Shown here piece by piece: positions 45,796 through 55,344 of a stretch of DNA of 64,000 nt. The notes under the pieces are model-generated. The model ran no database searches, was not told where the DNA came from, and was given only the letters and a program-made list of their open reading frames with translations. Position numbers and translations under genes: made by a program. The stretch lies in the IMG/VR virus record IMGVR_UViG_3300037264_008423, positions 124,001 through 188,000 of that record; one strand, written 5' to 3'. The number at the start of each line of letters is the position of its first letter. The first letter of the stretch is position 1.

Positions 45796-46415
45796 CGGCG
45801 CGCCAGAATCAGATTTTCGCCGTTCATGTGAATCTTTTTAAAACCGTGGGAGGCAACCAGATTTTCCATCGGCTGGGCGCAGCCGTCGTGCTCCACGCAG
45901 ATGACGGCGGTTTCAGTGAGGTAATCCCACGGGAAGTTGGAAAACAGGTCCCAATTGCAGCTTTCCACATCCAGGTTGATGAACTCGAACCGCTTGCCAA
46001 AACGGTTAAACAGCTCCTCCAGAGACACGGATTTCAGCGTGTAGTTTCTGAATTTCACCCCACCGGCACCCGCCGACCACTTCTTCACGTGTTCCGGGTT
46101 GGAAGAGGAAACCGCGTCGCCGCCAGCATCCCAAAAGTCCAGCCAGCCGCCTTCCACGGTGATGGCGGCGTTCACGCAAATGACATTGGGGTTACCCCGG
46201 TGGACCTGGAGCAGGCCGGAGAAGGGCAGGGGTGACGGTTCCACGCAGATCCCCGACCAGCCCATCTCGGCCAGGCGCAGGGTATTGCTAAAGGTTTTGC
46301 CGTCATACGCGCCGATGTCCAGGAAATGGCCTGCGGATGCTTTTTCGGTCAGGAAACCGGCTTGCCGGAGCAGGTCGAGGATGACCGATTCCTCGTTGTT
46401 TTGACTGTAGCTCAT
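45792..46415 (-). CDS. FkbM-family methyltransferase
   Basis: YSQNNEE, FLDIGAYDG..FSNT, GWSGICVEP, INLDVE, ICVEH. Confidence 0.9.
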   Translation of the reverse strand: MSYSQNNEESVILDLLRQAGFLTEKASAGHFLDIGAYDGKTFSNTLRLAEMGWSGICVEPSPLPFSGLLQVHRGNPNVICVNAAITVEGGWLDFWDAGGDAVSSSNPEHVKKWSAGAGGVKFRNYTLKSVSLEELFNRFGKRFEFINLDVESCNWDLFSNFPWDYLTETAVICVEHDGCAQPMENLVASHGFKKIHMNGENLILARR

Positions 46416-46491
46416 AGTATCATCTTTTCCCAAAAGAACGGGCTGGACGGGGGTCCTTTTTGGAAAAAGTAAAAAATATGCATTTTGCCTA

Positions 46492-46520
46492 TTGACGGCT
46501 AACTATAAATTGTTTACCTT
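46492..46520 (+). promoter_or_regulatory. Sigma70-like promoter
   Basis: TTGACG-N17-TACCTT, 9 nt before ATG 46530. Confidence 0.7.
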
Positions 46521-46529
46521 TTCTACCTA

Positions 46530-47441
46530 ATGAACAAGAAACTGCTAAAAGAGTTGCTGCGGATTCCCTCGCACGTGCGCGAGGAAAACCTTCTTACGGA
46601 TTGGCTTATGGCTTATTTTAACAGTCGTCACGACTGCGCGGTCCGGCGCGATAAGATGGGAAATGTTTACGTTACTAAGGGCATCCAGCCGCCCTACCCC
46701 TGTGTGTGCGCTCACCTGGACACTGTTCACCCCTTGACGAACTACCTGATTCAAGAGGAGGGGGACACGCTTTACGCCGTGGATTGGACGGAACAGCGAG
46801 TGGGCTGCGGCGGAGACGATAAGGCCGGAGTTTATCTGTGCCTGCGCATGCTGGACCGCTACCCCAGCCTGAAAGCGGCCTTTTTCGTGCAGGAGGAAAT
46901 CGGCTGTCAAGGGTCAAGAGCTGCGGACCCTCAGTTTTTCACCGATGTGGGCTATGTGATCGAATTTGACTCACCCTGCGATGATATTCTAAGCTTCACT
47001 TGCGACGGGGTGCGCTTGTTCCCGCTAGAGGGTCCCTTCTACGAGGCGGTCTATCCGCAGTTGCAGAAATTTGGAGTGCTCAATTGGCAGCACCACCCCT
47101 ACACGGATGTATCCATTTTGAAGCGGCGCTTTCCTTTTCCCTGTTTGAACCTTCCCGCAGGCTATTTCCGCATGCATTCCTCCCTGGAGTATGTGCAGAT
47201 GGCGGCGGTGGAAAACACAGAGCAATTGGCCGTGTCGCTGATCGATGCCCTGGGATGCTGCGTTTACTCTTTTCGGGTCATCGAGAATGGCGCAGCGGAC
47301 CACAAATCGCCCGTGCTGGTGACTTACCTTAAGACGCACGATTATGAGAAGCGCGTTCCTGTCCCGCCCAGCACGGAGGGCGCGCGGGGATCAATCGAAA
47401 ACCGACTGAGAAAACTGGGAGCATCCCAACCCAAGCCATGA
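46530..47441 (+). CDS. M20/M28/M42-type zinc peptidase
   Basis: AHLDTVH, GGDDKAG, EEIGC, YTD, GY..MH. Confidence 0.85.
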   Translation: MNKKLLKELLRIPSHVREENLLTDWLMAYFNSRHDCAVRRDKMGNVYVTKGIQPPYPCVCAHLDTVHPLTNYLIQEEGDTLYAVDWTEQRVGCGGDDKAGVYLCLRMLDRYPSLKAAFFVQEEIGCQGSRAADPQFFTDVGYVIEFDSPCDDILSFTCDGVRLFPLEGPFYEAVYPQLQKFGVLNWQHHPYTDVSILKRRFPFPCLNLPAGYFRMHSSLEYVQMAAVENTEQLAVSLIDALGCCVYSFRVIENGAADHKSPVLVTYLKTHDYEKRVPVPPSTEGARGSIENRLRKLGASQPKP

Positions 47442-47560
47442 TCACACCCGAAGACAACCCGGTGAACGAGAAAATGCTGCGCCGCCATGCGCGGCAAGTG
47501 CAGACCAAACTCAAAAGGATGTTTGGCACAGATGAAAGCGGCGAACCGCGCGCCGCTTAA
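47438..47560 (+). CDS. 40-aa hypothetical peptide
   Basis: MITPEDNPVNEKMLRRHARQVQTKLKRMFGTDESGEPRAA; ATGA-coupled; not in the track. Confidence 0.45.
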   Translation: MITPEDNPVNEKMLRRHARQVQTKLKRMFGTDESGEPRAA

Positions 47561-50004
47561 TCCTCGATCCGGTCCAAGGGGGGGCGCTGGCGACGGCGGC
47601 GCAGGCGGTGTCCTGGCCGCTCGCCGCCTTGGTCTTCCTCTGGCCGCCATTCCAGCTTCTCCAGAATGCTCATGGTCATGCTGCGCGGTTCCACGTTGCC
47701 CCGGAAGTGCTGATAGGCGGTCCCATGCCGATTCAGAAATACGAAGTAACGGATGATGTTTTGGGCATACTCGTCGTCCGTGGCGCACAGGCCAATGGCC
47801 ACGTCCACAATTCCCGCCTTCTCAAACGATCCCTGGAAGCTCTTCATGCTGGGCACCGCCAGGTCCACCGTTTCCTTGTTGCACCGGTCGGGCAGGATGA
47901 CCGGGCAGCCAAATTCGGAACCCAGGGCGCGCGCTTCCAGATAAATCTCACCCTGGGCGCGCCACTCGCTGGTCCGCTTGGGATCGGAACTGGGCTTTAC
48001 GGTTTCGGCGAAGTCGATGATGATGGCCTTGGGTTTGACGCCGAAGCGCGCGCTGGCAGTCAGCGCATGGGAGCGGATGTCGCCGCTAATCGTGGCCGCG
48101 CGCGAGGGAAAGCCTTTGATCAGCAGGGTGGAATTAAGCCTTTCGTTGGCCATTTGCAAGGCTTTTTCCGTAAACGTTTTCTTGTTCTGGTAGATCATGT
48201 CAAACGGCAGATCGGTCAGATTGCAGAGACAGCGCACGGCGGCAAGCTCCTGGCTGATCTCGCAGGGATAGTAGAACACGGGGGAGCCGGTGTTCTCGAT
48301 CATGTTCATGGCCAGGTTGATGCAGAAGGCGGTGTTATGGGTGACCGTGAAGTCGCTGTGCAGGTAGCGGCGATTTCCGTCGATTTCTATGCCAAACCAC
48401 TCTTGGTTGCCTACTGGCGCTACTTTTATCGTTGTTCTGTCCGAGGCTTTTTTAGAATCGGTTCCGTGCTTCCTGGCAACCTTGGTTGGAATTTCGCTGA
48501 TTCGGCCCTGAACATAAGTTCTATAGGCGATTGAGAATATCTTTTTTCCTTTTACGATGCATTGGCTGCGAAACGGGCGTATGAAGCTTTTAAAGCCTAA
48601 ACTTCTAGCAAGCCAGCAAGTATCTTCGCATAGCAGTCGGTTTGTGTCTGTAAAAATGAATCCACGGTTATTGGCGTGGCTACCGTCACTGTCAATTAGT
48701 CCGGCCAACAGTCGCAGGCGTGTGGCTTGGCTATTTATTTTGTAAACAAATGGGATATGCTTGTTGCGCAGGAGATTTAAAGCGCGCAGTCCGTTTATGA
48801 TCGGATTTTGGCCTTTGCCCTGTCCAACGAGAGACACCTGCGTGCAGCGCGTTTTCTTTCTATAGGTGGTTACGCGTAACCCTGCCTTAGTGGCAAAGTC
48901 GTGTAGAAAAGGCGTAATTTCCGGGTCATCGTCCCCTACGCTTATAGAAGCTTCATGCGAACTGCCATCCCCAAGCCAAAGACCAAGAAAATAAGGATCT
49001 AACGGCACGCTCACTGCGGGGAAGTCAACTCTGACTTTGTAACCTTTCCAATCTCGGTGGAAGTTTGCTGATTTTTTCGCATAGTCTTCAGCCGTAATCT
49101 CCAGAATTTCACCCAAGTGATACCTGTCTGTAAACCTTCCAACCGGCACCGTGCCCGGTGGTCTTTTCACACAGAGAATGTGGTCGTGGGTGACCGTATA
49201 GCTGTCGCCGTTTGCTTGGGTGACCCGATACATAGGGGCGCAGCCCCGGCCACAACTAAGCACGTTGCGGGGTGTTCCGTCGTCTCCCATGATTTTATCT
49301 CCGGGAGCAAGCTGGCAAATTTGTTTAATGGTGCCGTCAAACATTAGTATCTGCGTGTCAGGGCTTTCACATTTATATCTTTTAGGCGGAGCTAAAATTG
49401 CAATGAGCCAGCCGGGACCCCAGCCAAAGGGCCAGATGCGGTCCAGATCTCCAAAGCCAGTCTGGATGCCGTAGTCGCGCTTGGTCACGGTGTCCAGGAC
49501 CAGTTGGATGTCGCTCTCCCCGGATTTGATGCGGTAGCCAATGTCTTTGAGGTTCTGCCCCACTTTGAGCGCGTCCTCGAACAGTTTGGTAAACCCACCA
49601 GGGGGAGCCTCACCGGTTTTGTGGTAATTGATGGCTTTGTCGCAGGCGATGTAGAGGGCGCGCTCCCGCGCGAACTCCACGGTCTTTTCCACCGCGTAAT
49701 CCACGTCCGACGTGTCCAGCGTGGTGATCTTGCGCACAAAGGCCATGATGTTGCCTTCCTCCTTGGCGTCGGAGGACCGCAAGATGGCGTCGTAAACAAT
49801 TTGGCTGAGGGCTTCAGGCTGAGGGAAACGTCCGTTTTTATTCCAGTAGGCGAAGAGCGCGCGCGCTGTGGCCACACGCGGCACGCTGGTAAAATAGGCG
49901 GAGTTCAACGTTCCCGCGTTGTGCATGAACCTTTCCGGGTGCGCGATAATCGACGCCAGGAGCAGGTCTTGGAACGAACCGTCGTATGAGTATTTTTCAA
50001 ACAT
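47557..50004 (-). CDS. Replicative DnaB/gp41-like helicase, intein-containing
   Basis: TGFGDLD, APPKRYK/T P-loop, IKGFP, IIIDFAE, SFEKAGIVD, NRHG. Confidence 0.85.
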   Translation of the reverse strand: MFEKYSYDGSFQDLLLASIIAHPERFMHNAGTLNSAYFTSVPRVATARALFAYWNKNGRFPQPEALSQIVYDAILRSSDAKEEGNIMAFVRKITTLDTSDVDYAVEKTVEFARERALYIACDKAINYHKTGEAPPGGFTKLFEDALKVGQNLKDIGYRIKSGESDIQLVLDTVTKRDYGIQTGFGDLDRIWPFGWGPGWLIAILAPPKRYKCESPDTQILMFDGTIKQICQLAPGDKIMGDDGTPRNVLSCGRGCAPMYRVTQANGDSYTVTHDHILCVKRPPGTVPVGRFTDRYHLGEILEITAEDYAKKSANFHRDWKGYKVRVDFPAVSVPLDPYFLGLWLGDGSSHEASISVGDDDPEITPFLHDFATKAGLRVTTYRKKTRCTQVSLVGQGKGQNPIINGLRALNLLRNKHIPFVYKINSQATRLRLLAGLIDSDGSHANNRGFIFTDTNRLLCEDTCWLARSLGFKSFIRPFRSQCIVKGKKIFSIAYRTYVQGRISEIPTKVARKHGTDSKKASDRTTIKVAPVGNQEWFGIEIDGNRRYLHSDFTVTHNTAFCINLAMNMIENTGSPVFYYPCEISQELAAVRCLCNLTDLPFDMIYQNKKTFTEKALQMANERLNSTLLIKGFPSRAATISGDIRSHALTASARFGVKPKAIIIDFAETVKPSSDPKRTSEWRAQGEIYLEARALGSEFGCPVILPDRCNKETVDLAVPSMKSFQGSFEKAGIVDVAIGLCATDDEYAQNIIRYFVFLNRHGTAYQHFRGNVEPRSMTMSILEKLEWRPEEDQGGERPGHRLRRRRQRPPLDRIED
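48334..49371 (-). mobile_element. Intein (346 aa) with LAGLIDADG homing endonuclease
   Basis: Begins CESPDTQILMFDG, block B TVTHDH, LGLWLGDG and LLAGLIDSDG, ends VTHN followed by Thr; AT-richer than the extein. Confidence 0.95.
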
Positions 50005-50026
50005 AGCCAGGCCACACAGAACGAAA

Positions 50027-51055
50027 TCAACCAGGTCGATGGTCGTAGAGGGATGGATAGCCTTGGACCAGGTTCAGGCACTCGTAGTGCTGAATAGCGG
50101 CGGCCAGCCAGATCCAGACCTTAACGGGATCGGTAAACGTGGTTGCGCTGTCGGCCAGGAAGTCGTCCGTTTGAAACCCGCGCAGGGCCAGGACGCGCGT
50201 AACGGCTTCCGGGAAAACTCTCTGGCGCATGTGGAACAGGGCTACCGCCTGCGTGGGGTGGGTTTTAAGCTTGCCCAGGATGTGCGCCACTTGCCAGCGA
50301 TGCCGCCGAAAAACTTCGGGGACCTCTTTTTGTTTTCGCTCCAAGTGCGCGGACAGCACATCGTGGAAGTAGGAAGGCTCCAGCGCCAGCCAGCAGGGGT
50401 GCAGTTGAAGCTCCCTGGATTGGTAAAGCTGCCCGGTGATCTGGCCCGACCGGAACAGCTTATAGCCGATAATCCAGGAGCCTGCGGTGATTTCAGAGCT
50501 AAGGAGCAAGCTTTCAAAATCCTGCTTGGCGATCTCTGTTCCCATCATCCGGTCAAGGCTGCGGATGTCAAACGTTCCGTATTGACGCTGACAGGCCGCC
50601 GCGAAGACTTTGACCTGGCGCACGGCATGCTCCGTGGTCAAGACTCTGGCGTGGAAATTTTCATCGGGCCGGGACTGCGCCCAGCCGGTCATGTTGGCCA
50701 GGATAAACAGTTTAACAGAAGTGCCACTCTGGCGCGCCCTGGCCAGGACCAGATCGCGCTGGCGGCCCACCCGACCGGGCGCTCGGTGCTCGAAGACCCA
50801 TTCGTGGCATAGCGCGTAAACATGTTCCAGGTCCGCCGCGTCGGGGTCCAGGCTGTAAACATCTCCGTGCTCGTAGCGATGCAGGGTATAGGGCACAAAG
50901 TTAAACTCGGCCCGGTGGAGGGGCACGCGCCGCGCCAAGTGGCCCATGAGTTCCGCGCAGGCGGCGCGATGGGGGCATACGGGACAGGCGGGGTTATCCC
51001 GGTTTTGTTCCAGCCCGAAGCAGGGCAGCGGCGGATCGTAGGCTTGTCTTTCCAC
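50027..51055 (-). CDS. Hypothetical replication-region protein with N-terminal Cys cluster
   Basis: GTG start 8 nt after GTTCT; PCFG...CPVCPHRAAC. Confidence 0.75.
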   Translation of the reverse strand: MERQAYDPPLPCFGLEQNRDNPACPVCPHRAACAELMGHLARRVPLHRAEFNFVPYTLHRYEHGDVYSLDPDAADLEHVYALCHEWVFEHRAPGRVGRQRDLVLARARQSGTSVKLFILANMTGWAQSRPDENFHARVLTTEHAVRQVKVFAAACQRQYGTFDIRSLDRMMGTEIAKQDFESLLLSSEITAGSWIIGYKLFRSGQITGQLYQSRELQLHPCWLALEPSYFHDVLSAHLERKQKEVPEVFRRHRWQVAHILGKLKTHPTQAVALFHMRQRVFPEAVTRVLALRGFQTDDFLADSATTFTDPVKVWIWLAAAIQHYECLNLVQGYPSLYDHRPG

Positions 51056-51086
51056 AGCCTTAAAGAACGATTTGGTTCTAGCCCTC

Positions 51087-54000
51087 ATGCCAGAAAATGA
51101 GCAAGTCGATGCGGAGACCAAAAAACCACGGGCACCCCTGCGGGTTTTTCGCACCCACGCGGGTGAGCCGGTCAGCTACACGGGGGTCAAAAAGTTTTTT
51201 AAGGACATCATCACCTACCACAACGGCTCCCGGATGGAGGGCAAGCGCGAGCTGGTGGAGCTGGCGGACCCCAACCTGCCGTTAGGCGACCGTCCGCTGA
51301 TACCCGGCAGGCACAGCCCGGTGTGCGCCGCGTGCGGCCTGGACCAGATGGGAGCCAAGCGGCCCTACCTGGAATATGCGGGGCCAGACCGACCGGTGGT
51401 CACGATCCTGGTGGAATGCGTGTCTAAAAGGGACGATGATCGGGGACAGATCGGGGTGGGCAACCCTATCGCCTACCTGTCCAGCCTCATCTACCGGCTG
51501 GAATCGGTCCATAAGGTAAGCCTGGGCGAGATCCGCTGGGTTCCCATCACACGGTGCGCCTACCGGGAGGGAAAACCTCCCAACTACAAAACGAAAGGCA
51601 ATTGGTGCCGTTACCACGCCATCCAAGACCTGATCCTCCATCCGCCCAAAGTGGTCATTCCCGTGGGCACGGACGTGCTGGGCCTTCTATCCCACAAAAG
51701 CAACGCCCAAGACTGGAGCGGACGGCTTTTAACCTGGCGGGGCTGGCCTGATGACTGGCTCACGGAACCGGACTACATACTGGACCGGACCGATCCCGCG
51801 CACAAGGAAGGCACGGTGCGCGGACACCCTATCTTTGGACCGGCCCCCCAGGTAAGGATACCAATGGTGCCACTGCAAAGTCAGCGAATCGTGCTGGCCG
51901 CGCAGAACGAAGTGGTCACCCGGCGCTGGGTGGACCATTTGATTTACGCGCTTAAGGTGGGAAAAATGGAAATCCCGCCTCCCGACTATATCCGGCCCTG
52001 GTATCACCTTAGCCTCGATCCGCAGGAGATTATCCAAATCTTGCAGACGGTGATTCAGTATGCTAATGCGCACCCGCCCTTTCGCGTGGCTTACGACACC
52101 GAAACTACCGGGTTGAAGGCATGGGCTTACTATAAGCGCGTGAGCGCCGATGAGGTCACCCGCTCCGCTGATCCCCGCATTGTGTTCATGATGTTCCGCT
52201 GGGTTAACCCGGAAACACAGCAGCCGGAATCGCTGGGCTTTCCCTGGGACTACCCGGAGAGCGAGCTGAAGCCGTTTTTACAGGCCATCACACCCTACGT
52301 GGTCGAACTGCTGGCCACGGCCAGCATCGTGGGCCACAACTTGACCTTCGATGAATTGTTCACCATCGCGACGGTGGGCACCGAGCCAGCCGAGCACGAG
52401 CCTTTTACGCCGGACGGCGCGCTCAATCCATCCTGGCTGTGGCTGCAAGACCGAATTAACCTGCTCGCAAGCGCGATGGGCTGGGATACCTGGCACATGG
52501 CTTTCACCGTTCAGAAGCGACGCGGGAGCTTGGGTCTGGAAGTCATTACTTATGGCTACGCCCCTGATTTGGCCGGTTACGAGGAGGACATGACCCTGCT
52601 GATTGATCTGCATGGCGATCTGATGAACCCCGCCAATAATAAGGGAGGCCACTACGCCAATTGTCCCAAGCCTCTGTGGGAGACTCACTTAAAACCCTAC
52701 GTGATGGGCGACGTGGAAGCGACCTATCGGGCCAGGGACGCGCTGGCCGTGGAACTGAGCCAGACCCAAGGCTACCGTATCCCGATGGCCAAGCCAGGGG
52801 TTCCCGGACGCTTCCGCTACTACACCTGTCCCAACCGGGAGTGGGTTTACCAAAATATCATGGTCCCCGCCTCGCGAACGCTCACCAAAATAATGGCCAG
52901 GGGTATGCACATCGACGCCGAGGAACTGATCACCCAGGAACAGGTTTACCCCGAACGCGTGGAAGCCGCCAAGCGCGAATTGCGCGACGTGGACCCGGCC
53001 ATTAGCGCCTGGTGCCAGACCAAACTGAGCGAATCCCAGCAGGTGAAAGAGGGCCAGTCCTCCGAGGATCGGGTGCTGTGGGAACTGGATCTGGAAAATA
53101 AAAGTCAGTTGAAGGAGCTGCTGTTCCAGGTCTTAAAGTGTCCCATCCAACGCATGACAAAGAGCGGACGTAAAATTTATGGCGATGAACTCGCTGGCTG
53201 GGAACACCTGGAATGCGCGATCAAGCTCGAATACGCGGCAGTGGACAAATACACCCTGAACCGGCTAGCCGTGGATCACCCCAACCTGCGTCCGCTCCAG
53301 CAATATCGTAAAGAGTTCAAGCTCTATTCCACCTATGTGCGGCCTTTGCGCAACATGATGGCCGAGCGCCTGGACAAAAAGCAGCGGGTCAAGGAGCCAC
53401 ACCTGTCCGTGGACCACTGCATTCATGCTCAATTTATGCTGACCGGGACACGGGGAGGGCGTCTGTCCTGCCGCGACCCCAACCTGCAACAGCTTCCGAA
53501 TGACGGCAAGGTGAAGCGCCTTTTTAGTTCCCGATTTGGCTCTCGTGGCTGTATCTATGCCGCCGATCTCAGCCAGATCGAGCTGCGCCTTATGGCGGCG
53601 GCCTGTGGTGACGCGTCAATGGTTGGCGCGTATTTGAACGATGTTGATCTTCACTCCTTGACCGCCAGCAAAATCGCCTGGAGCGACGGTAAGATCTCCT
53701 ACGAGGAGTTCACGAAGAAGCACATGGAGAAGCTCCAGCACGAGGGCCACGCGGACCAGGCCAAGGATTTGGAACTGAAGCGTAAGATCGCAAAAACCGT
53801 AAACTTTTTAACGGGTTACGGCGGCGGTGCTTTTGGTTTACAAAATGTTCTTGCGAACAACCAGGTTTACATTACGCTGGAAGAGTGCGAGCACATTATC
53901 GACTCGTTCTTTGAAGCTTATCCCGCGCTTCAGCGTTTCCTGGGGGTTTACAAGGATTTCATCTTAACCAACGCGTGCGCCGTGTCGCTCTTTGGCCGGG

Positions 54001-54419
54001 TGCGCTTTTTCGAGGAAGTCCGGGGCGAAGACCAGGAGGCGACCAGCAAGGCGCTTCGCGCTGGCTGCAACCACCTGATTCAAAGCACGGCCAGCGACAT
54101 GATGCTGCTGTGCCTGATCACTATCGAGGCGCTCATGCGCGATGCCGGATTAAATTCCCTGCTGGTTTCCACGGTCCACGACAGCTTGGTTGTGGATGCG
54201 CTGCGCGAAGAGTTGCCGCAGATCCATGACATCGCGTATGGGGTGATGAACGACATCCCCACGGTCATTCAGTCCATGCTGCCTGGCTACGATACGTCCT
54301 GGATGATTGTGCCGCTGGCCGGGGATAGCGAAGTGGGCTTGAACTACCTGGAAACCAATAAAATATCCGGGTCCAACCCGGACTGGGAGGCTCTGCTGCA
54401 ACCCTGGAAGAAGGGATAG
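51087..54419 (+). CDS. polA: Family A DNA polymerase with N-terminal uracil-DNA-glycosylase-like domain and 3'-5' exonuclease
   Basis: CAACGL...TRC...WC...PKVVIPVG UDG-like; YDTETTGL, GHNLTFD exonuclease; GRLS..PNLQQ, DLSQIELR, AKTVNF..GYG, TVHDS. Confidence 0.95.
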   Translation: MPENEQVDAETKKPRAPLRVFRTHAGEPVSYTGVKKFFKDIITYHNGSRMEGKRELVELADPNLPLGDRPLIPGRHSPVCAACGLDQMGAKRPYLEYAGPDRPVVTILVECVSKRDDDRGQIGVGNPIAYLSSLIYRLESVHKVSLGEIRWVPITRCAYREGKPPNYKTKGNWCRYHAIQDLILHPPKVVIPVGTDVLGLLSHKSNAQDWSGRLLTWRGWPDDWLTEPDYILDRTDPAHKEGTVRGHPIFGPAPQVRIPMVPLQSQRIVLAAQNEVVTRRWVDHLIYALKVGKMEIPPPDYIRPWYHLSLDPQEIIQILQTVIQYANAHPPFRVAYDTETTGLKAWAYYKRVSADEVTRSADPRIVFMMFRWVNPETQQPESLGFPWDYPESELKPFLQAITPYVVELLATASIVGHNLTFDELFTIATVGTEPAEHEPFTPDGALNPSWLWLQDRINLLASAMGWDTWHMAFTVQKRRGSLGLEVITYGYAPDLAGYEEDMTLLIDLHGDLMNPANNKGGHYANCPKPLWETHLKPYVMGDVEATYRARDALAVELSQTQGYRIPMAKPGVPGRFRYYTCPNREWVYQNIMVPASRTLTKIMARGMHIDAEELITQEQVYPERVEAAKRELRDVDPAISAWCQTKLSESQQVKEGQSSEDRVLWELDLENKSQLKELLFQVLKCPIQRMTKSGRKIYGDELAGWEHLECAIKLEYAAVDKYTLNRLAVDHPNLRPLQQYRKEFKLYSTYVRPLRNMMAERLDKKQRVKEPHLSVDHCIHAQFMLTGTRGGRLSCRDPNLQQLPNDGKVKRLFSSRFGSRGCIYAADLSQIELRLMAAACGDASMVGAYLNDVDLHSLTASKIAWSDGKISYEEFTKKHMEKLQHEGHADQAKDLELKRKIAKTVNFLTGYGGGAFGLQNVLANNQVYITLEECEHIIDSFFEAYPALQRFLGVYKDFILTNACAVSLFGRVRFFEEVRGEDQEATSKALRAGCNHLIQSTASDMMLLCLITIEALMRDAGLNSLLVSTVHDSLVVDALREELPQIHDIAYGVMNDIPTVIQSMLPGYDTSWMIVPLAGDSEVGLNYLETNKISGSNPDWEALLQPWKKG

Positions 54420-54429
54420 TAATTAGAGT

Positions 54430-55344
54430 GTGAATGCGAGATTGATCATCGAAAAGTTGGCGGCTCTGGATGAAGCACCGGTCGCACCAGAAGTTGAGCC
54501 GGATGTGAAACCGGGAGTGGAGCCAGATGCGCCTCCCGCGCCGTCACGTCCCAGGCGGACTGAACCGGCGCGGCCCACGCGCCCTTCCCCCAGCCCGTGG
54601 ACGGTGCCCCCGGACTACGAGCCGGGCACTTTTCCGAGGCCCAAGGCGGAGGACGAATCCGAATCGATTGAATCCTGGCTGGAAGTGACCCAGCAGCCGA
54701 TCCGCGATTGGGAGTGGGATGGCAATCATCTGCGATTGATCATGCTGGACGGCTCCGTGGAGACCTACACCCGCGATCAACTGTCTGAATTTGGCGTGTT
54801 TGACTCCGGGGAAAGCCAGGCTTTCGCGGAGAGCCAGGACGACGATGATGACGACGCTGGCCAGGCGGAGGCAGAAGAGGATGATACCGAGGATGAAGAG
54901 GGCGCTGCCGAGAGTCCTTTTGGCGATGAGGGAGAGAGCTTAGATTCCTGCCCTTGTCCCGCTGGAGCGCCTTCCGGGCCGGACAGCACCATCCAGAGCA
55001 TTCTAGGGGGTGAGGACACGCAAGTTATCACCGGCGAGCCAGCCGAGCGCCTCGCCTCGGCGGTGAGTGACGTAGTTTCGGCGATTATCGGATTGGTCAC
55101 CGGCGACAGTCCGCCTGCGGGTGATCCCACAGGTGATTCCGCCTGCGGCGCGGCTTCAGGAGAATTAGATTTGGCCGCCTCGGATCAGCGGCCCGACGAG
55201 GATTACGACCAGGGCCAACTGGCCCAAGGCGTCGAAGTGGAGCAGGAGCACACCCAGGACATGGACGAGGCCAAAAAGATCGCCAAAGACCACCTGGACG
55301 AGGACCCGCGTTACTACACCAAACTTAACCAGATGGAGGGCTGA
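54430..55344 (+). CDS. Acidic protein with C-terminal DUF5661-like domain
   Basis: GVEVEQEHT.D...AKKIAKDHLDEDPRYYTKL; GTAATTA 4 nt upstream. Confidence 0.8.
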   Translation: MNARLIIEKLAALDEAPVAPEVEPDVKPGVEPDAPPAPSRPRRTEPARPTRPSPSPWTVPPDYEPGTFPRPKAEDESESIESWLEVTQQPIRDWEWDGNHLRLIMLDGSVETYTRDQLSEFGVFDSGESQAFAESQDDDDDDAGQAEAEEDDTEDEEGAAESPFGDEGESLDSCPCPAGAPSGPDSTIQSILGGEDTQVITGEPAERLASAVSDVVSAIIGLVTGDSPPAGDPTGDSACGAASGELDLAASDQRPDEDYDQGQLAQGVEVEQEHTQDMDEAKKIAKDHLDEDPRYYTKLNQMEG

